Part shown: positions 24,476-34,578 of the stretch, piece by piece
Layout: each line of letters starts with the position of its first letter
Numbering within the stretch: position 1 is the first letter of the stretch
Source of the DNA: an uncultured Candidatus Micrarchaeota archaeon
GTDB lineage: Archaea; Micrarchaeota; Micrarchaeia; Burarchaeales; Fermentimicrarchaeaceae
DNA length: 64,000 nt
Assembly (NCBI GenBank): GCA_963760615.1
Contig: CAVXDX010000013.1
Location: forward strand, 19,826-83,825
Direction: 5' to 3'
Position numbers and translations under genes: made by a program
The notes under the pieces: generated by a model
Database searches by the model: none
What the model saw: only the letters and a program-made list of their open reading frames with translations
What the model was told of the DNA's origin: nothing

Positions 24476-27436
24476 CTAACCCTTGGCAACTCCGAGGGGC
24501 GTCAGCCTCGCAACTATTTTGGATATACCGGCGAGCTCAACTCCCTTCACCACTGTATCTATATCCTTGTATGCCCCTGGAGCCTCCTCGGATATCACAT
24601 CCCAGCCTGTTGCCCTGAGGTGTATCCCTCTGCTCTCTAGATTCTGCTTCACGTCACTTCCTCTATACGTCCTTATTGCCTCGTGCCTGCTCATTGTTCT
24701 GCCGGCTCCATGACATGTTGAGTAGAAGCATTCCTTGCCGCTCTCCTCCCCAACAAGAACGTATGAGGCAGTCCCCATGCTCCCCGGTATTATGACGGGC
24801 TGCCCCACCTCCCGGTATATGGACGGAATCTCTTTCCTGCCTGCAGGAAATGCCCTTGTTGCTCCTTTCCTGTGAACGCACAGCTTTGTCTTTTTACCGT
24901 CCACATCATGCTCCTCCACCTTGGCTATGTTGTGGCAGACATCGTAAACAAGCTTCATGCCAAGAGCTTCCGCACTCCTCTTGAACACGTCCTCAAAAGT
25001 CTCCCTTATCCAGTGCATCATGACCTGCCTGTTGCAGAATGCATAGTTAACAGCTGAATACATGGCGCCGAAATAATCAGCTGCCTCTTTGGAGTTCAGT
25101 GGCGCGCAGCACAGCTCAGGATCAGGCAGCTTTATACCGTATTTCTTCGATGCGTCGAGCATAACGCGTATATAATCATCGCAGACTTGATGTCCGAATC
25201 CTCTAGAGCCGCAGTGCAGCATCACAACAACCTTGCCTTCCTCCAAGCCAAATGATTTTGCAGTATGAGCATCCATAACTTTTTCAACTTTCTGAACCTC
25301 CAGGAAGTGATTTCCAGCTCCAAGTGTTCCGAACTGCGGAGCTCCCCTGCTCTTCGCCTTCTCGCTGACCTTTGAGGGGTCAGCCTCTTTCACGCAGCCG
25401 TTTTCTTCCTGCCTCTGGGAATCCTCCGCCCAGCCGTATCCCTTTTCAATTGCCCACTGGGCGCCTCCTCTAACCGCCTCATCCAGCTCCTTTATGCTCA
25501 GTTTTATCTTGCCCTTGCTGCCAACTCCTGAGGGGACATTCCTGAAGAGCTTGTCCATAAGCTCATTGATTTTCGGCCTCACATCTGCCTCCGAGAGGTT
25601 TGTGAGAATGAGCCTGACGCCGCAGTTGGAAACTATAATGTTGTTTGCTATAAAATTATGGTTGTCTCTGAGAGTGAGGTCATAAACTTCCGCCGCCTCA
25701 TCTAACTTATCAATCTCGTCTATTCCATCAAATAGAACACCATAAGAATCAAGCTCCTTCTCTCTTTTTAAAACAAATTCATCAAAAGATATGAAATCCA
25801 AAGTTATCCTCTGCTTGGATTTCACGTTATCCCACAAGCATCTCTCGATAAATCTTTCATTGCTTATGTTGGATATTAGAAGTTCCTTTATCTCTCTTGC
25901 CGTTAGTCCTATCCTCTTATACTCCTTAACTTTCTCTGCTATCTCGATTCTTTGTTTTGTCAATCTTTTCTTTTCCAGAATATACAACATTGCAATATTG
26001 GCTAACCGCTTCCTAGCATTGTTGTATTCAAAACCTACTCTGCCCCATAGTTTTAGTAGATTCTCCTCATCAGCTGATAGAAGCAGCCTGATTCTGTAGG
26101 TATCTCCAAACTTATTTATGTGCTCCTTCCTCACGCTTATCTTTGTTGCTTTGATATCAAAATCACCCAGTATATCTATAATTTGCGCAAAGAATTTTCT
26201 GCAACTTTCTACATATCTTTCATTCTTGTTCTGTGATATTATTGGAGAATAAAAACCTGTCTTGCTAAGAGTTGAGGGACTTGACATCTCAGCGCCGAAG
26301 AAACCCGCTAAGAACAGCCTTTTTATGAACTTAGGTGCTTCTCTAACCCATCTCGGGACTTCAAAGTCATTGACTGTTTTCTTCCCAGTAGGCATCCCGA
26401 GTGTGATGAATAGCTTGGAAAGTGATAAGGCATGTAGGCCTAGCTCCGCGATCTTACTTCTGAATTTGTATTCGCCATACTGCGTTTTTATCCTGTAATT
26501 CCTATCCCTCATTTTCACGAAAGATTTGAAACCTACGGCGAGGAAGTCCTCTCTTAGTTCAACCATATCCCCTAGTTTACCGTAAACACGGAATACTCCC
26601 TCATTATTTAGATAGCCGTCCCCTAGCATATACCCCAGTATTTTCGCAATAACTGGTAAAGCCTTACTATCCTCACTAAGAGGCAGCAAGCCCTTGTCTC
26701 TTAACACCTTTATCCCTTCTTCTGATAAGCCCAATAATCGTAAATTTTCCTCATCTACAATAACTTTGTTGGATGGGTTGCTATAACACACACCGCTAAA
26801 TGGATAAACTGCTATTTCCGTTCCTCTCTCTAACTCCGATGCCTTGCGCATTCCAGTCCTAGTTAAGATTTTATGATTTCCTGTTACCTTCAACTCAAAT
26901 CCATTCTGTGTCTTTATTTTCAAAACTTTGCTTTTTGAGTTAGATTTTATAAAGGCCAATACCTCCTTTTCTTCGATAATTTTATTGGTACTATTAAGCG
27001 TCATGACCTTAGTCGAAGAGATATTGAGCATTCTTGCGGTTAGGTCGCCAGAACTTACTGAGTTTTGCGAAAAATCATCCGCTATCTCGCTTATAGCTCT
27101 AAAATAGCCGAGATCAGTCAATATCTTCGAGTCCCCGGTTAAGCAGTTGATATCGTAACCCACTCCCCCAGGCGAAACCACCCCATTCTCAAAATTGAAT
27201 GCAGCAACGCCTCCAATCGGAAATCCATAACCTTCATGTCCGTCGGGCATCACAAACGAGTTGCCGACTATCCCGGGGAGGCACGCCACGTTGGTTGCCT
27301 GGTCGAAAGTTCTATCCCTTCTCATCCTTTCAGCAAGCTCCTTTGTGCCGTACACCCTCACGGGAACATTCATGCCTGCTTTTGCACCTTTTTTTATCTC
27401 CCATTTTCCATTCGAAACTTCGCTAAGCTCGTACAT
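24476..27436 (-). CDS. rtcB: RNA-splicing ligase RtcB, interrupted by an intein
   Basis: MPDGHEGYGFPIGG, GVGYDIN/CGVR, GTLGAGNHFLE, HRKGATRAF, HGAGR, EEAPGAYK; start MYEL at 27436; extein about 479 aa. Confidence 0.97.
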   Translation of the reverse strand: MYELSEVSNGKWEIKKGAKAGMNVPVRVYGTKELAERMRRDRTFDQATNVACLPGIVGNSFVMPDGHEGYGFPIGGVAAFNFENGVVSPGGVGYDINCLTGDSKILTDLGYFRAISEIADDFSQNSVSSGDLTARMLNISSTKVMTLNSTNKIIEEKEVLAFIKSNSKSKVLKIKTQNGFELKVTGNHKILTRTGMRKASELERGTEIAVYPFSGVCYSNPSNKVIVDEENLRLLGLSEEGIKVLRDKGLLPLSEDSKALPVIAKILGYMLGDGYLNNEGVFRVYGKLGDMVELREDFLAVGFKSFVKMRDRNYRIKTQYGEYKFRSKIAELGLHALSLSKLFITLGMPTGKKTVNDFEVPRWVREAPKFIKRLFLAGFFGAEMSSPSTLSKTGFYSPIISQNKNERYVESCRKFFAQIIDILGDFDIKATKISVRKEHINKFGDTYRIRLLLSADEENLLKLWGRVGFEYNNARKRLANIAMLYILEKKRLTKQRIEIAEKVKEYKRIGLTAREIKELLISNISNERFIERCLWDNVKSKQRITLDFISFDEFVLKREKELDSYGVLFDGIDEIDKLDEAAEVYDLTLRDNHNFIANNIIVSNCGVRLILTNLSEADVRPKINELMDKLFRNVPSGVGSKGKIKLSIKELDEAVRGGAQWAIEKGYGWAEDSQRQEENGCVKEADPSKVSEKAKSRGAPQFGTLGAGNHFLEVQKVEKVMDAHTAKSFGLEEGKVVVMLHCGSRGFGHQVCDDYIRVMLDASKKYGIKLPDPELCCAPLNSKEAADYFGAMYSAVNYAFCNRQVMMHWIRETFEDVFKRSAEALGMKLVYDVCHNIAKVEEHDVDGKKTKLCVHRKGATRAFPAGRKEIPSIYREVGQPVIIPGSMGTASYVLVGEESGKECFYSTCHGAGRTMSRHEAIRTYRGSDVKQNLESRGIHLRATGWDVISEEAPGAYKDIDTVVKGVELAGISKIVARLTPLGVAKG
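25625..27145 (-). mobile_element. 507-aa intein with LAGLIDADG homing endonuclease in rtcB
   Basis: Starts CLTGDSKIL, block B TGNHKILT, LAGLIDADG-like LGYMLGDG and LAGFFGAE, ends VYDLT...HNFIANNIIVSN followed by Cys+1; visibly AT-richer than the exteins. Confidence 0.95.
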
Positions 27437-27638
27437 AAACAATCTCCCGAAATTATAATTGGATATTGCAGCTTTTAATACTTTATTTACTGCAGCTGCA
27501 CGCCTTTGCCGGATTCCGGAGGCATCCGAAAGACATGATAAGGTCAACAGCGTCCGAGGCCTTGCTGATTTTACGACGTAAAAATGGACTAAATTAAGAT
27601 TGCTTTGGCTTGATCAACTTCTCCAGTTCACTTATCCT

Positions 27639-28061
27639 TCATACTTTACTTTTTAAACTATAAGCTTGCTCCAACCATGAGAGCAACTCGCTATCGATTT
27701 CCTTTTCATTCCGTATATCTACACTATGCATGTAGCGGTTTGCTGAAATCTGCGCTGATTTGTCTATCCTGGAGCTTCCCAATTCATGACCCAAACCAAA
27801 GTGTATCCTTACCCTGTCCTTCAGAGCATATACTGCGGCAAAGGTATATGCTGGCGAAGTCACAAAGTGGATGCAGCAGGGTAATGACTCAACCCAGAAT
27901 GAACCGATATTCTTCTTAATTTCATCTTTTAACTTCTCGTACAGCGGCTTCATCGCTTCCTTGCCTTTGAAGTGTCTATCCAAAGGATAAATTGTACAAG
28001 AATGCACCTGGTTCTTCTTCTCAAATTTTCTCTTGCATTTTGGACATGCCCATAGTTTCAT
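27639..28061 (-). CDS. DUF5655-like protein with N-terminal zinc-knuckle
   Basis: WACPKCKRKF...HSC, F...EIDSELLSWLEQAY. Confidence 0.75.
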   Translation of the reverse strand: MKLWACPKCKRKFEKKNQVHSCTIYPLDRHFKGKEAMKPLYEKLKDEIKKNIGSFWVESLPCCIHFVTSPAYTFAAVYALKDRVRIHFGLGHELGSSRIDKSAQISANRYMHSVDIRNEKEIDSELLSWLEQAYSLKSKV

Positions 28062-28265
28062 TCTAACTACCTATTTGTTATTATCCAAGATTCTTATTAT
28101 AACTTAGCTTTAATCATAGTCTGTTTCAGGGGTATACTTGCTTTGGCTTCAGTATAAATCTTCTTATCTACTCACTCAAACCCCGCCTTTTCATACGCCT
28201 CCTTCACGAGCTTTGGAGTAATCTATTTAAATTTGTGAGTATAAAATGGATTTGGAGGGGTCGAC

Positions 28266-28838
28266 ATGATACTTCAAATACTAGAACTTGGTATCTGCAT
28301 ATTCGCATTAGTTGTTTTCATACTCCTGATTGCTGCCTATTACTATAACAGGATAATTGTTCTGAGCAACCAGGTTGACAACGCCTGGTCCCAAATAGAC
28401 GTGCAGCTTAAGAAAAGGGTCGACCTTGTGCCCAACCTTGTTGCGACTGTGAAGGGTTACATGAAGCATGAGCAGAAGGCGATTCAGATGGTGACGGACG
28501 CAAGGGCCAAGATGATGGGCGCCGGGACAGTTGACGAGAAGATGAAGGCGCATGGCGATCTGACCAAGGCGCTCAAAACTATTCTCGCTCTCGCCGAGAA
28601 TTACCCAGACCTAAAGGCAAGCGAGAACTTCAAGCTTCTCCAAGAGCAACTCGAAGGGATTGAGAGCAAGATTGCCTATGCAAGGCAGTTCTACAATGAC
28701 TCAGTGCTGGGCTACAACAATATCATCTCCATGATTCCAGGAGTCTGGTTTGCCGGCGTGATGGGAAAAACCGCAAAACACTACTTTGAAATAGAAGAGG
28801 CAGAGAGGCAGCCAGTCAAGGTGAACTTCGAGGCATAG
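28266..28838 (+). CDS. lemA: LemA family protein
   Basis: N-terminal TM, AWSQIDVQLKKRVDLVPNLV, ENYPDLKASENF, RQFYND. Confidence 0.96.
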   Translation: MILQILELGICIFALVVFILLIAAYYYNRIIVLSNQVDNAWSQIDVQLKKRVDLVPNLVATVKGYMKHEQKAIQMVTDARAKMMGAGTVDEKMKAHGDLTKALKTILALAENYPDLKASENFKLLQEQLEGIESKIAYARQFYNDSVLGYNNIISMIPGVWFAGVMGKTAKHYFEIEEAERQPVKVNFEA

Positions 28839-28839
28839 A

Positions 28840-29730
28840 ATGGAGAAGACAAGCTTTTACGACCAAATCTCCAAGAATAAGAGAGATTCAATACTGCTAA
28901 TCATAGCTCTTTTCTTTATTATAGCAGTTGTGGTTTATACCCTAAGTGAAATCTACGCCCCGGGCTCGGGCTTAGTTATACTCATCATTGCATTAGTATT
29001 AACTCTCGTCTATACACTTCTCTCATACTATTATGGAGACTGGGTTGTACGCAAGAGTGTCAATGCCCGAGAGCCCAACCCAAAGGAGAATGCCTATCTC
29101 ATAAACACCGTTGAAGGGCTTGCAATAGCCGCCGGAGTTCCAACTCCTAAAATCTATATTATGGACTCGCCAGAGATGAATGCTTTTGCCGCAGGCAGGG
29201 ATCCGCAGCATTCTTCGATTACTGTTACAACTGCACTTCTGCAAAACCTCAACAGGAGCGAACTTGAAGGTGTTATTGGGCATGAGATGTCGCACATCAG
29301 GAATTATGACATAAGGTTTGCAACCCTTGTTGCAGTTCTCGTTGGTCTTGTTGCAATAATTGCAGAGCTGTTCCTCAGAAACTTATGGTGGGGTGGAAGA
29401 GGCAGGGACGACCGGAGGGACATGGGATGGCTTATACTGGTCGGTATCCTAATCAGCGTCATTGCCATGGTATTCAGCAAAATAGTGCAGGCAATGATAT
29501 CAAGGAGGAGAGAATACCTTGCAGATGCAAGCTCTGCCCAGCTAACAAGGTATCCCGAGGGGCTGGCGAGCGCTTTGGAAAAAATATCCAAAGTAAATGA
29601 AGGGAAATCGATTGGCAGCGGGGCGATTGCTCACATCTTCTTTGTTGACCCTTTCAAGAGCCCCTTAGACGCCCTATTTGACACACACCCGCCAATCAAG
29701 GAGAGGATAAAAATCCTGAGAGAAATGTAA
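28840..29730 (+). CDS. htpX: HtpX-like M48 membrane zinc protease
   Basis: NAFAAG, HEMSH, EYLAD, THPP; follows lemA. Confidence 0.95.
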   Translation: MEKTSFYDQISKNKRDSILLIIALFFIIAVVVYTLSEIYAPGSGLVILIIALVLTLVYTLLSYYYGDWVVRKSVNAREPNPKENAYLINTVEGLAIAAGVPTPKIYIMDSPEMNAFAAGRDPQHSSITVTTALLQNLNRSELEGVIGHEMSHIRNYDIRFATLVAVLVGLVAIIAELFLRNLWWGGRGRDDRRDMGWLILVGILISVIAMVFSKIVQAMISRRREYLADASSAQLTRYPEGLASALEKISKVNEGKSIGSGAIAHIFFVDPFKSPLDALFDTHPPIKERIKILREM

Positions 29731-29739
29731 GGCGCTTAT

Positions 29740-30231
29740 ATGGCAGATCAAGATAAATCAGCAATTGTCTGGGTGCTTGGCGGGGCGATTCTCCTGCTTT
29801 TGGCCATAGTGTTTTTCGTAATGCCATCCTTGGGTCCCAGGGAAACTCCACTTAGCTTTGTTTTAGGTGGAGTTTCACCAAACAATACTACAAATGCAGT
29901 ACCTTCAAATGTAACGCAAAATGGATCCTGCGTAGTTATTGAGTTCTACGGCGCCGAATGCCCCCACTGCAAGAATATGGTTCCAATAGTTTCACAGGTT
30001 GAGAATGAAACTGGAATCCAATTCACGCGGCTTGAGATATGGCACAATAGCACCAATCAGCAGATATTCCAGGGATATTCTGACAGCATACAAAAAGACT
30101 GCGGGATGCTAGGAGTGCCAACCTTCACAATCCTCGGGGTTAACAACTCTTCGGCCAGCACCTCTAGATGCGGCGAGATGGTTGAATCTGACCTGAGATA
30201 TTTCGTGACTTCCAACTGCAATGTAAGCTAA
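29740..30231 (+). CDS. membrane-anchored thioredoxin-family protein
   Basis: N-terminal TM, EFYGAECPHC, GVPT. Confidence 0.88.
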   Translation: MADQDKSAIVWVLGGAILLLLAIVFFVMPSLGPRETPLSFVLGGVSPNNTTNAVPSNVTQNGSCVVIEFYGAECPHCKNMVPIVSQVENETGIQFTRLEIWHNSTNQQIFQGYSDSIQKDCGMLGVPTFTILGVNNSSASTSRCGEMVESDLRYFVTSNCNVS

Positions 30232-30737
30232 GGCATGTCTGCGCTCTCAACTCTGACCTCTGAAGCTTCAAGAATTCCGTTGAACAAATCATAGTGGGTC
30301 TGCTCAAACTCCGAGAGTCTCTTGAAGAAAATGCTGCCCTCCTTGTCTGTTATTTTCTGTGATAATTCCTCGTAGAAGTCCCTTGCCTCGGCCTCGGCTC
30401 TTGAGGCTGCAAGCAGTATGCTGAAATCGCCGGAGCCTTCTTCTATCTTCGGCTCCACTCCGTTCGAATACAGTTTTGGCCCTTGAGGCTTGCCTAGCTT
30501 CTCAGCGCTCACCCACCCCTTTTTCTTTGCCAGATTCTGCTTAAGCTTCTCAAGCTGCTTGAGGTGGTTTACCTCCTCGCTTTCAATAAATTTGAGAAGT
30601 CCTGCAGCAGCCTTATTCTCCAGTTTCGCTGACTTCTCACCGTAGAATGCTATGCTCTTCTTCTCAAGCTCTATGCCAACTTCGACTCCTTTCATAACGT
30701 CAATGCTTCCTGATGTGAAGAATTCCTCAAACATCAT
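30228..30737 (-). CDS. ferritin/rubrerythrin-like di-iron protein
   Basis: EKKSIAFY...EEVNH and EAEARDFY...EQTH paired motifs; start MMFEEF at 30737. Confidence 0.88.
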   Translation of the reverse strand: MMFEEFFTSGSIDVMKGVEVGIELEKKSIAFYGEKSAKLENKAAAGLLKFIESEEVNHLKQLEKLKQNLAKKKGWVSAEKLGKPQGPKLYSNGVEPKIEEGSGDFSILLAASRAEAEARDFYEELSQKITDKEGSIFFKRLSEFEQTHYDLFNGILEASEVRVESADMP

Positions 30738-30738
30738 T

Positions 30739-32583
30739 TCACCTCCTCCTCTTTTCTCCCCATGCCGCAAGCACCAGCAGCATCCCAATCATTGCGGTTG
30801 AACCGCAGCAGGTGTTCTTGAGCTGTGAAGTTATGCCACTTAAGTCCGGCGTAGTATTGCTACTGCCGTTTGCATTAGCATTCTCCTCTGCAGGCGGTTC
30901 AGGAATTCTGAGATACCAGTCCCCAACATCGCTTGCGGTGAAGTTTGTCGGAGTGCTCACTGAACCTGCGCTTACAGTGACCTTCATGCCTTTATTCACA
31001 GTTGTGTTTTTCCCTTTGTACTCAACTACTGGCTCTCCTTCAAGCGTGTATACGTTAACGGCACTTACCGATTGATTGATTATAATGTTACTTTTTACAT
31101 AAACTTTAACAGTGTCCTTTCCCCCAGCAGTTGAAGAGCCCCATGAGAGGGCTGCGCTAGGAACAGAGGTGCCTACACTTCTTACTATACCGAAGATTCT
31201 CCAGAGCAATCCTCCAACTCCCTTAACCCCAATACCGGCAGGCCAGCCACTACTAACAGCATCCTTCTCTATATTGACAATACCCGATGGGAGCTCTTCA
31301 AGCATCATCATGCCACGCACATCACCCCATTGCAAGGTTATATATGGCTTATTACAGAGCACTCTTTCGCTCTCTCCAACCTTGCTGAGAGTTATGGTAT
31401 CGCCTACTGCTAATTTTGTTCCTCTCTGCCCTCTAATCTGTGCATCACCAGGCTGGTTTTCTCTGTGCACATATACCGGTGGAACCCCAGAACCATCCGC
31501 GCATCCTATGTCAACAATCTCTGCAATGGTGTTTACGCACCCATTTAATATTCCGTAACTTTCTTCATATGTTATCGCGTGTTTCGGATTGCAAATCTGA
31601 CCCGGTTCGCAACTGCAATCCTCCGGGCAGGAGTAGCAGTTTTCCAAATACTGTGGATCGACCTTTGTATCGCACGTTTTATTTCCGCAGAATTTGGGTT
31701 TGCTAAGGGGAACGCATAGCCCATCAACAAGTTCCATATAAAATCCCTGATCGCAGAGACATTTACCCTTCTCCTCGTTAAAGGATGAATTCCTAGGGCA
31801 CTTGATTTTTTCGCAAACAACCTTCCACTCCTTGTCATAGACATTATGTTTTGTATAACCTCCCTTGCAATCGCACCTGCAGTTGGGGTATGTTCCAAGT
31901 GCCAATGCGCCCTCCCCAATTGTTTTATTGCATACCTCTTGGCATGTTAGGTTCTTCTGGGGCTTGGTTGGAATTTTCACGCAGACGAGTGTCGCATCAG
32001 CGTAATAACCTGTACTACAGTGGCAGTCGCAGTCCATTCCCATAACGGTTCCATATGCAGAATCACCGTGTATCTTATCCCCTCCGTGGTACTCTTTGCA
32101 GTATTTGTCGCAGGTTGCTTTGCTTGGCTGGCAAAGCAGAATTTCATTATTTTTATCCGTATACCCCTCCTTGCACCCGCAGTTGCAGCTGTCTGAAAGA
32201 ACTTCAGCTTTTGCATACGGCCCGTGGTAGCTTTTGCAGTAGCTGTCGCAGTACTCCTGCGTTGGCTTGACTGGTTTGACAGGTTGGTCATTCGGGCACT
32301 TTCCATTTGCATCCGCGCATCCAATAAATTTTGAAACCGGGCAGAAGGGCTTGCAAAGGTTCGCGTCAAAACCGCTATAATTTACTGCTTCAAAGCATGC
32401 TCTTGTCCTCTCTCCGCACCAACACTCCTGGGTGTAGGTGTAACCTCCGCCTTTAGCTGCGCAGTCATCCTGAACGCAGCCTACCCCGGACATCCTCTGC
32501 CAGTTGAATCCTGGCGGGCACTCAACTGCAAAAACAGGCAGAATAAACACCAGCAGAGCAAATAGCGTGACCACCCTCCTCAT
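30739..32583 (-). CDS. secreted Cys-rich (EGF/TNFR-like repeat) surface protein with C-terminal CCG-TM anchor
   Basis: Signal peptide; repeats CxxYCxxYHG...CxCxCxxGY; ends NTCCGSTAMIGMLLVLAAWGEKRRR. Confidence 0.85.
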   Translation of the reverse strand: MRRVVTLFALLVFILPVFAVECPPGFNWQRMSGVGCVQDDCAAKGGGYTYTQECWCGERTRACFEAVNYSGFDANLCKPFCPVSKFIGCADANGKCPNDQPVKPVKPTQEYCDSYCKSYHGPYAKAEVLSDSCNCGCKEGYTDKNNEILLCQPSKATCDKYCKEYHGGDKIHGDSAYGTVMGMDCDCHCSTGYYADATLVCVKIPTKPQKNLTCQEVCNKTIGEGALALGTYPNCRCDCKGGYTKHNVYDKEWKVVCEKIKCPRNSSFNEEKGKCLCDQGFYMELVDGLCVPLSKPKFCGNKTCDTKVDPQYLENCYSCPEDCSCEPGQICNPKHAITYEESYGILNGCVNTIAEIVDIGCADGSGVPPVYVHRENQPGDAQIRGQRGTKLAVGDTITLSKVGESERVLCNKPYITLQWGDVRGMMMLEELPSGIVNIEKDAVSSGWPAGIGVKGVGGLLWRIFGIVRSVGTSVPSAALSWGSSTAGGKDTVKVYVKSNIIINQSVSAVNVYTLEGEPVVEYKGKNTTVNKGMKVTVSAGSVSTPTNFTASDVGDWYLRIPEPPAEENANANGSSNTTPDLSGITSQLKNTCCGSTAMIGMLLVLAAWGEKRRR

Positions 32584-32694
32584 ACATACTAACCTCCATT
32601 TCTGAGTTTCTCCAAGCGGGTTTATATAACCTACTCTGACTGGCCAAATGATAAAGTTTTATAATATCCCTTGCCAAATCTTTATCTGGTATAC

Positions 32695-34569
32695 ATGAGG
32701 CTGCTGACAATACACTCGGATTTCCTGGAATACAAGCCTCTTCAGAAGGCGATTCCGAAGCCGGAGGAAGCGGAGCTTGCAGCCAAAAGAATTGACGACT
32801 GCCTTGTTACATTCATTTCTGTTGAGAAGGAGGATGAGTCAAACCAGGCAGCAATTGCTGAGAAAGCAGTCTTAGAGATAGAAGGTGTGGCTAGGCAAGT
32901 TTCTGCAAAGAGACTGGTTGTGTACCCATGGGTGCACCTCACCTCAAACCCTTCCTCACCTGATGCCGCTCTCTCAATATTGAAAGATATAGAAGTCAAG
33001 CTGAAGGAGAAGGGCAAGTATGAAGTCACAAGAGCTCCATTTGGCTACTACAAGCAGTTCACTATAAAATGCAAGGGTCATCCTCTGAGCGAGCTGTCAA
33101 GAGAGATAAGAGCAGAAGAACTTGAGAAAAAGCCCATGAAGAAGGAGGAGAATGTTTCAGAGTCATTAAAGCTTGAGGAGAAGACAAAGAGGGAATACTT
33201 CATTCTCACTCCCGAAGGCGAGCTTATCGCACCAGAAAAGTTCGATTACACTGGTTTGGATGACTTCAAGAGCTTTGTGAAGTATGAGACTGAGAAGGTC
33301 CGCGCGTATGATGTCGAACCGCCTCACATAAAGATAATGAAAGAGCACGGTATAGCGCAGTATGAACCTGGAAGTGACGCCGGGAACTTCAGGTGGCCCC
33401 CCAAGGGCAGACTCGTAAAGAAGCTGCTTGAGAAGGCAATAACCGACTACTGCGTGAGCTATGGCGCGATGGAAGTTGAAACCCCGATAATGTATGACTA
33501 TGAGCACCCTGCTCTTAAGAAATACATGAACAGGTTTCCAGCCAGGCAGTATTCAGTGAAGTCTGATGACAAGGAGTTCTTCCTGAGATTCGCAGCATGC
33601 TTCGGGCAATTCCTCATGACGCACGACATGGTAATCTCCTACAAGGACTTGCCTCTCAAGATGTTCGAACTCACAAAATACAGCTTCAGAAGAGAGCAGT
33701 CCGGGGAGCTTGCAGGCTTGAAGAGGCTGAGGGCTTTCACCATGCCCGATATGCACACCCTCTGCGGTGACATGGACCAGGCAAAGGGAGAGTTCAGCAG
33801 CCAATATATGAAATGCTATGAGTGGATGAGGATGCTGGAACTTGAGTTTGAAACAACATTCCGAGCTCAGAATGACTTCTTCAAGGAGAATAAGGACTGG
33901 TACCTGGGGATGATAAAGAAGGTTGGCAAGCCAGTCCTCCTAGAGCTGTTTGACTTGAGGTATGCTTACTTCATAACAAAGTTTGAGTTCAATTTTGTAG
34001 ACTCGGCAAACAAGGCTTCGGCCCTTTCAACAGTGCAGATAGATGTTGAGAATTCAGAGACATACGATTTGGGTTATACCACAAAGGATGGGAAGAAGGA
34101 GAGGCTTCTCATACTCCACACATCCATAAGCGGTAGCATAGAGCGCGTCATATATGCATTGCTTGAGAGAGAGGCCAAGAGGATAGCAAGCAAAAAAGTA
34201 CCGATGCTTCCAATCTGGCTCTCGCCAACACAGGTCAGAGTAGTTCCCATAACTGACAAGCACTTGGAATACGCTGATGAGATAGCTGGCCAGCTTGAGC
34301 TCGAGGCTGTGCGGGTTGACATAGATGACCGGTCAGAAACCCTTGAGAAGAAGATAAGGGATGCGGAGAGGGAGTGGGTGCCTTACATACTTGTAGTTGG
34401 AGATAAGGAAATTGAGAGCAAGAAGTTCAGCGTGAGAATGCGGGAGAGCGGAGAGAAGAAGATGTTGAGCATGGAGGAGCTTGAAGTGATACTGAGAAGC
34501 AAGCTGAAGGGCAAGCCTTTTGATAAACTCTCTCTACCACGCTCCTTGAGCAAAAGGCCGGTAATATAG
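32695..34569 (+). CDS. thrS: threonyl-tRNA synthetase (archaeal type with N-terminal editing domain)
   Basis: MRLLTIHSD, YPWVHL, LRFAACFG, FRREQSGEL, MPDMH, HTSISGSIER, anticodon-binding domain. Confidence 0.97.
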   Translation: MRLLTIHSDFLEYKPLQKAIPKPEEAELAAKRIDDCLVTFISVEKEDESNQAAIAEKAVLEIEGVARQVSAKRLVVYPWVHLTSNPSSPDAALSILKDIEVKLKEKGKYEVTRAPFGYYKQFTIKCKGHPLSELSREIRAEELEKKPMKKEENVSESLKLEEKTKREYFILTPEGELIAPEKFDYTGLDDFKSFVKYETEKVRAYDVEPPHIKIMKEHGIAQYEPGSDAGNFRWPPKGRLVKKLLEKAITDYCVSYGAMEVETPIMYDYEHPALKKYMNRFPARQYSVKSDDKEFFLRFAACFGQFLMTHDMVISYKDLPLKMFELTKYSFRREQSGELAGLKRLRAFTMPDMHTLCGDMDQAKGEFSSQYMKCYEWMRMLELEFETTFRAQNDFFKENKDWYLGMIKKVGKPVLLELFDLRYAYFITKFEFNFVDSANKASALSTVQIDVENSETYDLGYTTKDGKKERLLILHTSISGSIERVIYALLEREAKRIASKKVPMLPIWLSPTQVRVVPITDKHLEYADEIAGQLELEAVRVDIDDRSETLEKKIRDAEREWVPYILVVGDKEIESKKFSVRMRESGEKKMLSMEELEVILRSKLKGKPFDKLSLPRSLSKRPVI

Positions 34570-34578
34570 GGTGGTGTT

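Noticed and set aside
27437-27547. N-terminal extension of RtcB given by the ORF track (similar extensions for lig, thrS, gap, argF, porG, the ATPase and the protease)
   Set aside because: Extensions run through TATA/intergenic sequence; downstream starts match family N-termini and SD positions.
27535-27594. C/D-box-like arrangement ATGATAA...CCGA...TTGCTGA...CTAA upstream of rtcB
   Set aside because: Every box has a mismatch and the second guide spacing is too long; better explained by the shared palindromic operator.
28179-28230. Minus-strand fragment ITPKLVKEAYEKAGFE-stop
   Set aside because: Looks like a gene 3' remnant but has no start and is too short to assign.
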